Origin: Macrostomum lignano
Lineage: Eukaryota
Assembly (NCBI GenBank): GCA_002269645.1
Contig: NIVC01000236.1
Location: 1-64,000, forward strand
Direction of reading: 5' to 3'
DNA length: 64,000 bases
The translations under genes and the position numbers were made by a program. Of the stretch, positions 10,336 to 42,241 are shown piece after piece (positions within the stretch are counted from its first letter, which is position 1; each line of letters begins with the position of its first letter). The notes beneath the pieces were generated by a model. The model had not been told where the DNA came from. It saw only the letters and a list, made by a program, of their open reading frames with translations, and did no database searches.

Positions 10336-11924
10336 ATGTACATTGCGCTGGGTAGAACTGAATGTTATTTTATTTATGTTGCACTCTGTCTTATGATAAC
10401 TGATTAATTATTTGTGCGCTACTTTTTTATCTCTAAATTTCTGATCTCTTGACTCAAATCATTGTTGTGCAATAGTGGGTTTCGTCCATTATATATTGAG
10501 TGGCATCCCGCGCATGTCAAGAGAGTGAAGTCTGGAGTTGTCTCATTATGCAACACTCTTGACTCCCAGTTTCATAGCACGGGCCTCACGAGATAAGGAG
10601 GGGCGGAGTGCCCTTTAGCCGGCAGCCAATCACAACAGGGCATGATGGCTCGCTGGGCTTTGATGCTCGGGAGAACTTACTTAATTTCATGAGACCGAGT
10701 TAGAATCCAATTAGCGGGCAGACGAGGCGAGTATAAGAAATTTTCGATTTTCACAGCCGTGTGGCGGACAGCTCGCGGCCACAGCTATCAGAAAATATTA
10801 TTTTTGAGATCGTGAAATCCCCAATTTGTGCTCAAGCAGCTGATGCCGCAAAGGCAGTCATTGAAGCCCCCGGGCTCCCGTGGGATTTTTTCTCATTTCC
10901 CGAAGCTTCACCTTCGCTATTTGCGACTTTCAATCATAAAAAGTTTTTTAACTGACCTCCGCTGCCTTAGTTTCAGTTCGGGAGGGTTTAGAGTTTCTCT
11001 CAGGCTGACGGACAAGCGAGGGACATCCGCCGGATCGAATTGCAATTGAGGAATTTGGACTCAGCTTACGAGCCTGCACTTTTGCAGTGCACTGGGCTTG
11101 CATCTTTATAGCTGTTGTATTCTATTAGTTCGTGTGCTTCAGTAAATGCTTTTGAATAACTACGAGTACATTGACTTGATTGGCGTTTGAGAATATTTCG
11201 GCTGGTAGCAAAAATTATAAAGTTCATCACCTTGTGACCATGTGAAGATCATTTACAGCCAGCATGTTTTGGGTCCGTGGTGGATTTTTCTATTAGAGTC
11301 AGGGGGTTGTGTGCACCCTGGCGCACTTCAAGCGACATTGTCACACTACCGGCGAAAGGCATCGCTGCCCATTCCGCCGACTCCCCTAACCAAGCGTGGA
11401 GACGGCGCTTTGATTGAGTTGCGGGTAGCCAGGCTGCAAGTTAAATAATTGATAGCAACTGAGATTAACAAATTACACGGGTGCGTACAAACGATATTAA
11501 AACAGCAGGGTTTATTTGGGTTGAATACTTTCATTATAAAAGTTCAGATAGGAATGCAGGTATTTTACGGTGCATAAAACTTAATCTAAGTTGTGCGCAA
11601 GTTTAAATCAAGGGGATAAGAAGGCCGTTAAAAATTTCAGGTGCCCTAAAGTGTCGAAATTAACAAACGGTTACTGATATAGTTAAAAGTGCAGATTGAT
11701 TTTTTTTCAGGTACTTGTAGCGATTGAGTAAAAAAATAATAGTTACTGGGCTCAAACACCGAGTAATGAGCGATGCGAGCTGTTTGTCACAGATTTCAGC
11801 TCCATCCGTGTGCCAACCTGTTAGCACACGGCCTCCAGTTCGCAATGACGAGAGTGACAGCAAAGGTTGAATTTGACATTGTTAATAAAGTTCGTTCACC
11901 AAATTTGGATCAAAATCGTCACTC

Positions 11925-31207
<19,283 letters not shown>

Positions 31208-31334
31208 GACTCCGCCGTGTGTGCTGGGCGGCTGGGGCTGCTGCTCTCACCTGCGGCAAGTTCTGGACCAGGGGGGGGGGGTTGGTTTTGCTGTGCGCTG
31301 AGTGTCCTCTGCTGCAGCATTCATGCTGAATTGT

Positions 31335-31745
31335 CAGGTATCTCTCCCTCACTCTCTGATCTTTTCCCTACCTCTCATCCCCTACTCTCTGATCTGTCCC
31401 CTACCTCTCATCCCCCACTCTCTGATCTGTCCCCTACCTCTCATCCCCCACTCTCTGATCTGTCCCCTACCTCTCTCCCTCACTCTCTGATCTTTTCCCT
31501 ACCTCTCATCCCCTACTCTCTGATCTGTCCCCTACCTCTCTCCCTCACTCTCTGATCTGTCCCCTACCTCTCATCCCCTACTCTCTGATCTGTCCCCTAC
31601 CTCTCATCCCCCACTCTCTGATCTGTCCCCTACCTCTCTCCCCCACTCTCTGATCTGTCCCCTACCTCTCTCCCTCACTCTCTGATCTGTCCCCTACCTC
31701 TCATCCCCCACTCTCTGATCTGTCCCCTACCTCTCACCTCCTACT
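31335..31745. repeat. About 33-bp pyrimidine-rich minisatellite (CTCTCTGATCTGTCCCCTACCTCTCATCCCCCA)
   Basis: Tandem copies upstream of the first coding exon. Confidence 0.9.
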
Positions 31746-33794
31746 CTTTGATCTAATCTCTGATCTACTCTCTGAGATTATTCCATCTCTCACGCCAGTA
31801 TTTCTCTCAACCCTTGTGTATTTTCTCTCTATCTCAGCACAATGGGCACAGCAAAGCCGTTCGGTTGCATAACAGCTCCAGCTCACTTCTTCCGAAAGCT
31901 GTACTGCCCTGAGCTGGCTATTAGAGTATCAAGAGGCCGAGCAGGCAGACCAAGCTCTAGATAGTTGAGATATGGCTTTTGCTTGCTAGAGCGGAATCTC
32001 TGAATCTGCACAGATGATGCTCAGCATTAATAAAAAATTCGAGTCCTGACTGTTTGAAAACTTGTCTTCTAGCAGATTTAAGCACGAGCGACGCAGAGAG
32101 AGCAAGCAAGAGCGCACAAACTCAGGATTGGCTGCGTACTCAGAACCCCACCCTGTCGCACTTTGAGTACTTCGGCAATTCGTGGAGTTCACAGAGCAAA
32201 TGCCAGCGTCTAGCAAATGAAAAGTTTCTCGGCAACTTTCTTGTCTGCACATCTCAACTCTCGATCCCGTGACCCTCTCCTCTCTCCCTCTCCCTCTACC
32301 CCTCTCCCTCTCTCCTTATCCTCTCCCTCTACCCCTCTCCTTCTTATCCTCTCCCTCTACCCCTCTCCTTCTTATCCTCTCCCTCTACCCCTCTCCTTCT
32401 TATCCTCTCCCTCTACCCCTCTACCCCTCTCCTTCTTATCCTCTCCCTCTACCCCTCTACCCCTCTTCTCTCTCCCTCTCTCTCTCTACTCCTCTTCTTC
32501 TTATCCTCTCCCACTATCCCTCTCCTTCTTACTTTTTTTCTTTACCCCTTTACCTCTCTCCTTATCCTCTCCTCTCTACCCCCTCATTCTTACCCTCTCA
32601 CCTTAATTCTCTCTATCTACCTCATTATTTTCCTATTCTTCCTCTCAGCTCTCTTAAGCACCCTGCGCTCTCCCCTTCTGTCTTTCTCTACCCTTACTTC
32701 CACCAATTCTCTTTAAAAACTGCTCAGACTGCAGGCTGCTCCCTATTGATCAGCTGATCAGCCATCGTACTGCACAGTTTCTTATTGTCAAATTGATCAG
32801 GTTGGGAGACATCAGCTCCAAACTACCTCTCATCCCCCATGAGCTCACCTGGGTTCAGAGCCTCAGCACAGCCGCAAGCAGGTAGGCGACAAGCAAGGCA
32901 CAAGAAGCGGACCCTCAGCAAGGAGAAAGCAGGTCAGAGCCTGGCGCGCAGAGTAGGGCTGACCTGTGACACAATTTAACCCAGGCGGTCGGGGTTGACA
33001 GAGTGGCGAGAGGGGGGAAGAGGGCTGAAGACAAGCCAGTGACAATGAGCTCGAGTTTGCCTGGGCTGAGCAGCCGGTCCATCACCGCCCCCCCTCTCTC
33101 CCCGCTCTCTTGTCGCACAGTTCGGCATGGAATTCTTTTGTTGTTCTGCAGCCTTCGCCAAGGTGGGCGTGGAATTTGTGCGAATCGGGCGAGTCCAGCT
33201 GCCTCCCTCCGCCATCAGCTCATTTAGCTTCTTCACTCTTAGCAGTAGGGGTTGAGCATTGATTACTGTTTACCAAGTGGCCCTGGCTCTCCCGCTGCAT
33301 TGCATTCTGCCTCAGCCTCAGCCAGCTGACAGGTAGGAGGCGACTTCGATAAAGAGTTTCTGCCCCCCCTACTGCAGGGCGAAGAAGCGGCCCAGCTCGA
33401 CAAAAAAATCGAACAAAAGAGAAAAATGCAGCAGAAAGCGGTTTGCCATGAACTGTTGAATTGCCGGCCCTGAGCACTCGCTGACTCACTTGGCCATATT
33501 TGAATAAATACTCCAATAGTTTGCATGCAGATTTCTTTTCCAACAAAGAAGGCCAGCGCTGCATGCCTGGGCAACACCGGCCAGGCAAACAGAGAGTTTC
33601 TCCCTGTTCGCCTTGTTCATTTGCATTTCTCCGATGGAGTGTGAGAGACAGATAAAAAAATTTAAACCTTGTTTGCCAAGGTAGAAGCTGAGAAAGAGGT
33701 AACTGTGGCGACCTTGGGGCAATTATAGGTGCGTTTGTTGCTCTTTGTAATTTGCTTCATCTCTTGAACTTCTCAGGAATTCCAGAATCCATTA

Positions 33795-36200
33795 GCCATA
33801 GATCTCTAGAGTCCACTCCAGATCTTTAGAGTCCATTCTCAAATCTCTAGAGCCCATTCCCGAATCTCTATAGTCAATTCTCAAATCCCTAGAGTCAATT
33901 CTCAAATCTCTTGAGTCCCTTCTCAAATCTCTAGAGTCGATTCTCAAATCCCTAGAGTCAATTCTCAAATCTTTAGAGTCCATTCCCGAATCTCTTGAGT
34001 CAATTCTCAAATCTCTAGAGTCCATTCCCGAATCTCTAGAGTCAATTCTCAAATCTCTTGAGTCAATTCTCAAATCTCTAGAGTCGATTCTCAAATCCCT
34101 AGAGTCAATTCTCAAATCTCGAGAGTCGATTCTCAAATCTCTAGAGTCAATTCTCAAATCTCTAGAGTCGATTCTCAAATCTCTAGAGTCGATTCTCAAA
34201 TCTCTAGAGTCAATTCTCAAATCCCTAGAGCCAATTCTCAAATCTCTAGAGTCAATTCTCAAATCCCTAGAGTCCATTCCCGAATCTCTAGAGTCAATTC
34301 TCAAATCTCTAGAGTCAATTCTCAAATCTCTAGAGTCAATTCTCAAATCCCTAGAGTCCATTCCCGAATCTCTAGAGTCAATTCTCAAATCTCTAGAGTC
34401 AATTCTCAAATCTCTAGAGTCAATTCTCAAATCCCTAGAGTCAATTCTCAAATCTCTAGAGTCAATTCTCAAATCTCTAGAGTCAATTCCCGAATCTCTT
34501 GAGTCAATTCTCAAATCTCTAGAGTCCATTCCCGAATCTCTAGAGTCAATTCTCAAATCTCTAGAGTCAATTCTAAAATCTCTAGAGTCAATTCTCAAAT
34601 CTCTAGAGTCAATTCTCAAATCTCTAGAGTCAATTCTCAAATCTCTAGAGTCAATTCTCAAATCTCTAGAGTCAATTCTCAAATCTCTAGAGTCAATTCT
34701 CAAATCTCAGAGCCAATTCTCAAATCTCAGAGCCAATTCTCAAATCTCTAGAGTCCATTCCCGAATCTCTAGAGTCAATTCTCAAATCTCTTGAGTCAAT
34801 TCTCAAATCTCTAGAGTCGATTCTCAAATCCCTAGAGTCAATTCTCAAATCTCGAGAGTCGATTCTCAAATCTCTAGAGTCAATTCTCAAATCTCTAGAG
34901 TCGATTCTCAAATCTCTAGAGTCGATTCTCAAATCTCTAGAGTCAATTCTCAAATCCCTAGAGCCAATTCTCAAATCTCTAGAGTCAATTCTCAAATCCC
35001 TAGAGTCCATTCCCGAATCTCTAGAGTCAATTCTCAAATCTCTAGAGTCAATTCTCAAATCTCTAGAGTCAATTCTCAAATCCCTAGAGTCCATTCCCGA
35101 ATCTCTAGAGTCAATTCTCAAATCTCTAGAGTCAATTCTCAAATCTCTAGAGTCAATTCCCGAATCTCTTGAGTCAATTCTCAAATCTCTAGAGTCCATT
35201 CCCGAATCTCTAGAGTCAATTCTCAAATCTCTTGAGTCAATTCTCAAATCTCTAGAGTCGATTCTCAAATCCCTAGAGTCAATTCTCAAATCTCGAGAGT
35301 CGATTCTCAAATCTCTAGAGTCAATTCTCAAATCTCTAGAGTCGATTCTCAAATCTCTAGAGTCGATTCTCAAATCTCTAGAGTCAATTCTCAAATCCCT
35401 AGAGCCAATTCTCAAATCTCTAGAGTCAATTCTCAAATCCCTAGAGTCCATTCCCGAATCTCTAGAGTCAATTCTCAAATCTCTAGAGTCAATTCTCAAA
35501 TCTCTAGAGTCAATTCTCAAATCCCTAGAGTCCATTCCCGAATCTCTAGAGTCAATTCTCAAATCTCTAGAGTCAATTCTCAAATCTCTAGAGTCAATTC
35601 CCGAATCTCTTGAGTCAATTCTCAAATCTCTAGAGTCCATTCCCGAATCTCTAGAGTCAATTCTCAAATCTCTAGAGTCAATTCTAAAATCTCTAGAGTC
35701 AATTCTCAAATCTCTAGAGTCAATTCTCAAATCTCTAGAGTCAATTCTCAAATCTCTAGAGTCAATTCTCAAATCTCTAGAGTCAATTCTCAAATCTCAG
35801 AGCCAATTCTCAAATCTCTAGAGTCAATTCTCAAATCTCTAGAGTCAATTCTCAAATCTCTAGAGCCAATTCTCAAATCTCTAGAGTCAATTCTCCAATC
35901 TCTAGAGTAAATTCTCAAATCTCTAGAGTCAATTCTCAAATCTCTAGAGCCAATTCTCAAATCTCTAGAGTCAATTCTAAAATCTCTAGAGTCAATTCTC
36001 AAATCTCTAGAGTCAATTCTCAAATCTCTAGAGTCAATTCTCAAATCTCTAGAGTCAATTCTCAAATCTCTAGAGTCAATTCTCAAATCTCAGAGCCAAT
36101 TCTCAAATCTCAGAGCCAATTCTCAAATCTCTAGAGTCAATTCTAAAATCTCTAGAGTCAATTCTCACATCTCTAGAGTCCATTTTGAGTCTCTAGAGCC
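33795..36200. repeat. 21-bp satellite (CTCTAGAGTCAATTCTCAAAT), about 2.4 kb, with higher-order structure
   Basis: More than 100 units; the same order of variant units recurs in blocks. Confidence 0.97.
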
Positions 36201-37249
36201 CATTCCTTTTCGTTGGGTGACCATTTCGCAGCCGGATTCGCGTTGTACTCCAAAGCGAAAGGGTCAGTTTATACCTTGTAGAAATTCATAAATTTAATAT
36301 CGCGCTCAGCCCTGACCCGGGGAGTCTTGCTGCACTGGATTGGTGCGACAGCTGCTATGCTAGACTCAGGATTATCTTTTCTGAATAATAAATTCTACGG
36401 CAACAATTGGTACTGAAAGCTATTCCATCAATAATTAAAGAATTTTAATTCGTTAATTTTCTCGCTTTCGTTGTCAAGCTCAATTTACACTACTAAAAGT
36501 AGAAAATCTGGATTTCCTAATCTGAAATGCTGGAGATTTTGAAGAAAATGAAAAGTTTTTTTCTAAGAAACTTGCTAGGCACGCGAGTTTCTGGTTTATG
36601 ATGTGACTAATAAACTCACTACACTTCTCCTATTAAATGGGGATAAAAGAGTTTTAGGGAAATGACTAAAGCAAGATTTATTGAAATCCTACAATAAAAA
36701 GTGTTCTCAGACACCATGATGTGAAAAAAACGCTCCAATCCTTCAATCGGCGTTGCCTTGACAACTTAATTGTTGCTAAATTTCTGCGGGAGCAAGTCTC
36801 GAGTTTCACTCCCCTGGAAGCAAATCCAGGTGTTCTTTTCTTTTGCCAGGCAGACTTAAACAGCCGATCATCGCCTGAAAAGCTTTCGTAATGATTTGCA
36901 TATTTTTTCTTAAAATCCCCTCGAAGTTTTGTTGAAATTCGAGAGGTCAATAAGTCACGTAATTCTTGAAGATAAATTTAATCCCTTTCTTCTCACGCAG
37001 GTGGGCGTTGCTATGCGGAAAATTGTTGCGCAATCCATTTTATGTCGTGCCCGGCTCTCTCTTAGCCTAGAAACTGACGCAACTTGTTTTTGAAAACTTT
37101 CTGGCTCTGACAAAGTGGGGCCTCTCTCAGTTTGTTTGCTTATTTAGTTATTTTCAAGGAAATTTTGAAACAAAGCACTACTAAAAACCGGAAATGGCTG
37201 ATGAAGCATTGCAGCCTGCGATTTCACTTTTTTATGTTGCATTGTTAGA

Positions 37250-37480
37250 TGGTTAGCGAGTGCTTAGATTCAGATAGCGAGTGTTTAGATTCAGATGGAA
37301 AGTGCTTAGATTCAGATAGCGAGTGTTTAGATTCAGATGGAGAGTGCTCAGATTCAGATAGTGAGTGCTTAGATTCAGATTGCGAGTGCTCAGATTCAGA
37401 TAGTGAGTGCTTAGATTCAGATAGTGAGTGCTCAGATTCAGATAGCGAGTGCTCAGATTCAGATAGCGAGTGCTCAGATT
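37250..37480. repeat. 21-bp minisatellite (GAGTGCTTAGATTCAGATAGC)
   Basis: Tandem copies. Confidence 0.9.
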
Positions 37481-38309
37481 CAGGCGGATATGAGATGCAG
37501 CGAAACAGGCCAAATGCTTTCAGGATGCGGGATCAGCCCGCCTCTTCCTTCCCGCATTCGAAATTGTTTGCAGAGCGCTGCAGCACCCCCGCTTGTCCGT
37601 GTCTTCTGCTCGATTTTGTTCTCTCAGAGTTGGTTTTTACCTTCCGCTTGTCTTCAGTCCGGGGCTGTAAATCCATTCGGGGGGTGGGCGTGGAAATCCT
37701 CTGATTCGAAATGGGGGGAGGAGGCGCGGAGGCTGGAGCCGCCAGACAGGGCAATAAAGCGCAGGTGATAGGAGAATTAGCGCTGGCTGGAGACCATGGA
37801 TTGCTAATCTAGCCTAGCATCTGTTATTAGAATTGCTAAGCCAGTCCGGAGTCTTACATTTAAAGCTCCATGGCTTGCTGCGACAAATTTTAAAAATCTG
37901 CTCGGTCGGTTACGGGAAATTGTGCGGTGGGTGACCACTATAGAGAGGGGAGATATGAGGGGATGAATGAAGAGACACAGCTGAGAGCCTCCTCTCGAAC
38001 CCTGAAAATCGGGGATTTCGCACGAACCGCAACATGGCGGAGTCGGGGCCGCTATAATTTATTGCAAACTGTCTCTCAAAGCATCCCAGGTGAGGAATTG
38101 TTTATTCGGCAAAAAATGATCCACCGGCCGCCTCTTTATCTTATCAGCCGCCTATCTGCTCAGCCCGAGCTCAGATGCTGGAACTCCCCGTAATGCTGGA
38201 GGTCCCCGCCACGAGTGCAGCTTTTGCATTGCATTGGCCTCGGGGTCCGCGCGAGCGAATTGTTTGTTGAAACTTCGGCGCCTCGGGACTTGGTTTGGCG
38301 CTCTAGCTG

Positions 38310-38915
38310 GCGCATCTCAGATCAATTTGGCGCATTTGGCGCATCTCAAATCAATTCAGCGCATGTCAAATCAATTCAGCGCATCTCAGATCAATTTGGC
38401 GCATGTCAAATCAATTCAGCGCATCTCAGATCAATTTGGCGCATCTCAAATCAATTCAGCGCATCTCAGATCAATTCAGCGCATCTCAGATCAATTCAGC
38501 GCATGTCAAATCAATTTAGCGCATCTCAGATCAATTCAGCGCATGTCAAATCAATTCAGCGCATCTCAAATCAATTCAGCGCATCTCAGATCAATTCAGC
38601 GCATTTCAAATCAATTCAGCGCATCTCAGATCAATTTGGCGCATCTCAAATCAATTTGGCGCATCTCAGATCAATTTGGCGCATCTCAAATCAATTTGGC
38701 GCATCTCAAATCAATTCAGCGCATCTCAAATCAATTCAGCGCATCTCAAATCAATTCAGCGCATCTCAAATCAATTCAGCGCATCTCAAATCAATTCAGC
38801 GCATCTCAAATCAATTCAGCGCATCTCAAATCAATTCAGCGCATCTCAAATCAATTCAGCGCATCTCAAATCAATTCAGCGCATCTCAAATCAATTCAGT
38901 GCATCTCAGATCAAT
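38310..38915. repeat. 20-bp minisatellite (GCATCTCAAATCAATTCAGC)
   Basis: About 30 copies in register with the 20-nt blocks. Confidence 0.95.
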
Positions 38916-39544
38916 TTGATAATCCAAGTTCCAACCCGAAAGGCTCACGGAGGAGATGGCAGCGGCTCCTTTGTCCCATTCCCAAGTCTCCGAGCGCTGT
39001 TTAGACAAGAAACAGAGACTGACAAGCCGGATAGGAAATTTATAATTAGTAATCCGCCCCCACTTCAAGGATTGTCCACTCAGACGGTGGAAGAGTTGAG
39101 CAGTTTTTCATTCCCAGCAGCTGCAGGGTATCCCAGTCTCGCAGGGCAGCGGCAGCAGTGGCATGCAGTGGGTGTTGACACACTGACACATCTGCTGCCA
39201 AATTATTCATCTCTACTTGGCCGCTTCTCAAATAAGCCGCCCCTGTGCCTGTCTGTCCTTCGTGCCTCTCCTGCAATTTTTGCATTAAAAAACTTCACTT
39301 TCCACCGGAGCGCAGGTTTGCCTGCCGCCACCTGGGGGGAAGGGAGCTGGGAGTCTCGGACAGGACCGGTTTCGGGAGTTTGCCTTCCCGCAGCTCGGAC
39401 TGCCAGGTGGCAGCGCGGAGTCCCCTCGGTCAACACGGTGCAGAAGATGGGATGGGGAAATTGTTTAGGCACCTGAAATTTTAAAGCTGCTTTTGCTGCT
39501 ACATCTTGCCTGAGTTTGCTGCGCTTTTTATGCAGAATTGATAC

Positions 39545-40135
39545 AGACCCAAGCGACTCATCTACAGATCCGCCCGACTCATCTACAGACCCACCTGACT
39601 CATCTACAGATCCGCCCGACTCATCTACAGACCCACCTGACTCATCTACAGACCCACCTGACTCATCTACAGACCCACCTGACTCATCTACAGACCCACC
39701 TGACTCATCTACAGACCCACCTGACTCATCTACAGATGGGCCTGTCTCATGTACAGACCCACCTGACTCATCTACAGACCCACCTGACTCATCTACAGAT
39801 GGGCCTGTCTCATGTACAGACCCACCTGACTCATCTACAGACCCACCTGACTCATCTACAGACCCACCTGACTCATCTACAGATGGGCCTGTCTCATGTA
39901 CAGACCCACCTGACTCATCTACAGACCCACCTGACTCATCTACAGATGGGCCTGTCTCATGTACAGACCCACCTGACTCATCTACAGACACACCTGACTC
40001 ATCTACAGACACACCTGACTCATCTACAGACACACCTGACTCATCTACAGACCCATCTGACTCATCTACAGACCCACCTGACTCATCTACAGACCCACCT
40101 GACTCATCTACAGATGGGCCTGTCTCATGTACAGA
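39545..40135. repeat. 21-bp minisatellite (GACTCATCTACAGACCCACCT) with a recurring variant unit
   Basis: Tandem copies; the ATGGGCCTGTCTCATGTACAG variant recurs. Confidence 0.95.
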
Positions 40136-40179
40136 TGTGCCTATCTCTGACACTGACTAGATACAAACGGACAGGGTTA

Positions 40180-41056
40180 GACTGACAGGATGAAACTGAC
40201 AGGATGAAACTGACAGGATGAAACTGACAGGATGAAACTGACAGGATGAAACTGACAGGATGAAACTGACAGGATGAAACTGACAGGATGAAACTGACAG
40301 GATGAAACTGACAGGATGAAACTGACAGGATGAAACTGACAGGATGAAACTGACAGGATGAAACTGACAGGATGAAACTGACAGGATGAAACTGACAGGA
40401 TGAAACTGACAGGATGAAACTGACAGGATGAAACTGACAGGATGAAACTGACAGGATGAAACTGACAGGATGAAACTGACAGGATGACACTGACAGAATG
40501 AAACTGACAGGATGAAACTGACAGGATGAAACTGACAGGATGAAACTGACAGGATGAAACTGACAGGATGAAACTGACAGGATGAAACTGACAGGATGAA
40601 ACTGACAGGATGAAACTGACAGGATGAAACTGACAGGATGAAACTGACAGGATGAAACTGACAGGATGAAACTGACAGGATGAAACTGACAGGATGAAAC
40701 TGACAGGATGAAACTGACAGGATGAAACTGACAGGATGAAACTGACAGGATGAAACTGACAGGATGAAACTGACAGGATAAAACTGACAGGATGAAACTG
40801 ACAGGATGAAACTGACAGGATGAAACTGACAGGATGAAACTGACAGGATGAAACTGACAGGATGAAACTGACAGGATGAAACTGACAGGATGAAACTGAC
40901 AGGATGAAACTGACAGGATGAAACTGACAGGATGAAACTGACAGGATGGAACTGACAGGATGAAACTGACAGGATGAAACTGACAGGATGGAACTGACAG
41001 GATGAAACTGACAGGATGAAACTGACAGGATGGAACTGACAGGATGAAACTGACAA
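40180..41056. repeat. 14-bp minisatellite (TGACAGGATGAAAC), about 60 copies
   Basis: Nearly homogeneous array. Confidence 0.98.
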
Positions 41057-41533
41057 GGCAAGAAGCACATTTAGCAGATATGATGGATTTCTCCCAACGC
41101 TACTAGGAGTTCACAGTGTAATATTTACTTTATATATATTTGAGACACTAAAACTGCCGCAGGTGTTTGAGGTTTATCAGTGATGAAGCAGTGACACAAA
41201 CGCTGGACAATGCAGAGCATAAACCGACAGTTACTAAAAGCATTAAATTGCAAAACAGCAATCATACGATACACCTGATAAAACATTTGATTTCATTCAA
41301 AACAAAGAAGCAGAACAAGCTGCAACGCTGGAGCAAATCGATAATAAGCAGTGAGAGCAATATTGAAGGTTTACAAAACGAGGAAAAAGTGCTGACACGG
41401 CAGACACGCGCAGGGGATACGGCGGCGGCACGGAAGCGGAATATTGCGACAAAGTGCAGATTATCAAAGTGAAAATCGGATAAACGCGAGGGGAAACTGA
41501 GGACAGAGAGCAGGACAGACTGGCGGAGTTTTT

Positions 41534-42201
41534 CTAAGCCTCATCAACCGCGCTGGCCTCCTCAGCCTCAGCCTCCGATTCTTCATCGTCGACTTCCTCC
41601 GCCTCATCTTCGTCTGCCTCGTCGAAGACGTCGCTGATGGAAGCCGCGGCCGCCGCCTCGCTGCTGCCGCCTTCGCCGCTGCCTTCGCCGCCGCCGGCTC
41701 CGTTGCAGAGGTCGCCGAGGCTGCGGCGCCGGCCAAGTCGGTGAATGTTCTTGAGGTGGCGCTGCATGTTGGAGCTGATGCTGAAGGCCCGGTCGCACAG
41801 CGGGCACTGGTACGGCTGCTCCCCCGTGTGCGTGCGCAGGTGCCGGGCCAGGTTGGCCGCCCGCGGGAAACACTTGCCGCAGAAGTCGCAGGCGTGCCGG
41901 CGTCTGCGCCGGGTGAGCAGCCGCTGCTGCTGCCGCTCCGGCTGTTGCTGAAGCGCCGGCGGATTCTCCAGCAGCTGCTGCTGGTTGGCGAGGCTCCAGA
42001 AGGTCGCCGGATCCGTGACGCCGGGACGACGTGGCGGGGCGCTTGGGCTGAGCGATCGCGGCCGCTGGGCCGGCGGCGGCAGCTGCGGCTCGGCGTCTCG
42101 CTGGCGAATCTCAGAGGCTGGAGACGTCGACCTTGGAGGCGTCGGCGGCGGAGACGGCAGGCGCTTGAAACCCCTGGGCTTGGGCACACTGAGGTCCAGC
42201 G

Positions 42202-42241
<40 letters not shown>

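Noticed and set aside
32848-33590. Short ORFs and a donor (32848) upstream of TRPM as extra coding exons
   Set aside because: An in-frame TGA lies just upstream of the ATG at 31207 and no TRPM-like motif is visible; most likely 5' UTR or promoter. Unresolved without cDNA.
33792-36086. Long ORFs of RIDSRDL repeats (303, 357 and 98 aa)
   Set aside because: Read-through of a 21-bp satellite that lacks stops in one frame; no unique domain or splice context.
39203-41070. ORFs of SVDESGG, TDPPDSS and SSCQFHPV repeats
   Set aside because: Translations of the 21-bp and 14-bp arrays, open on both strands.
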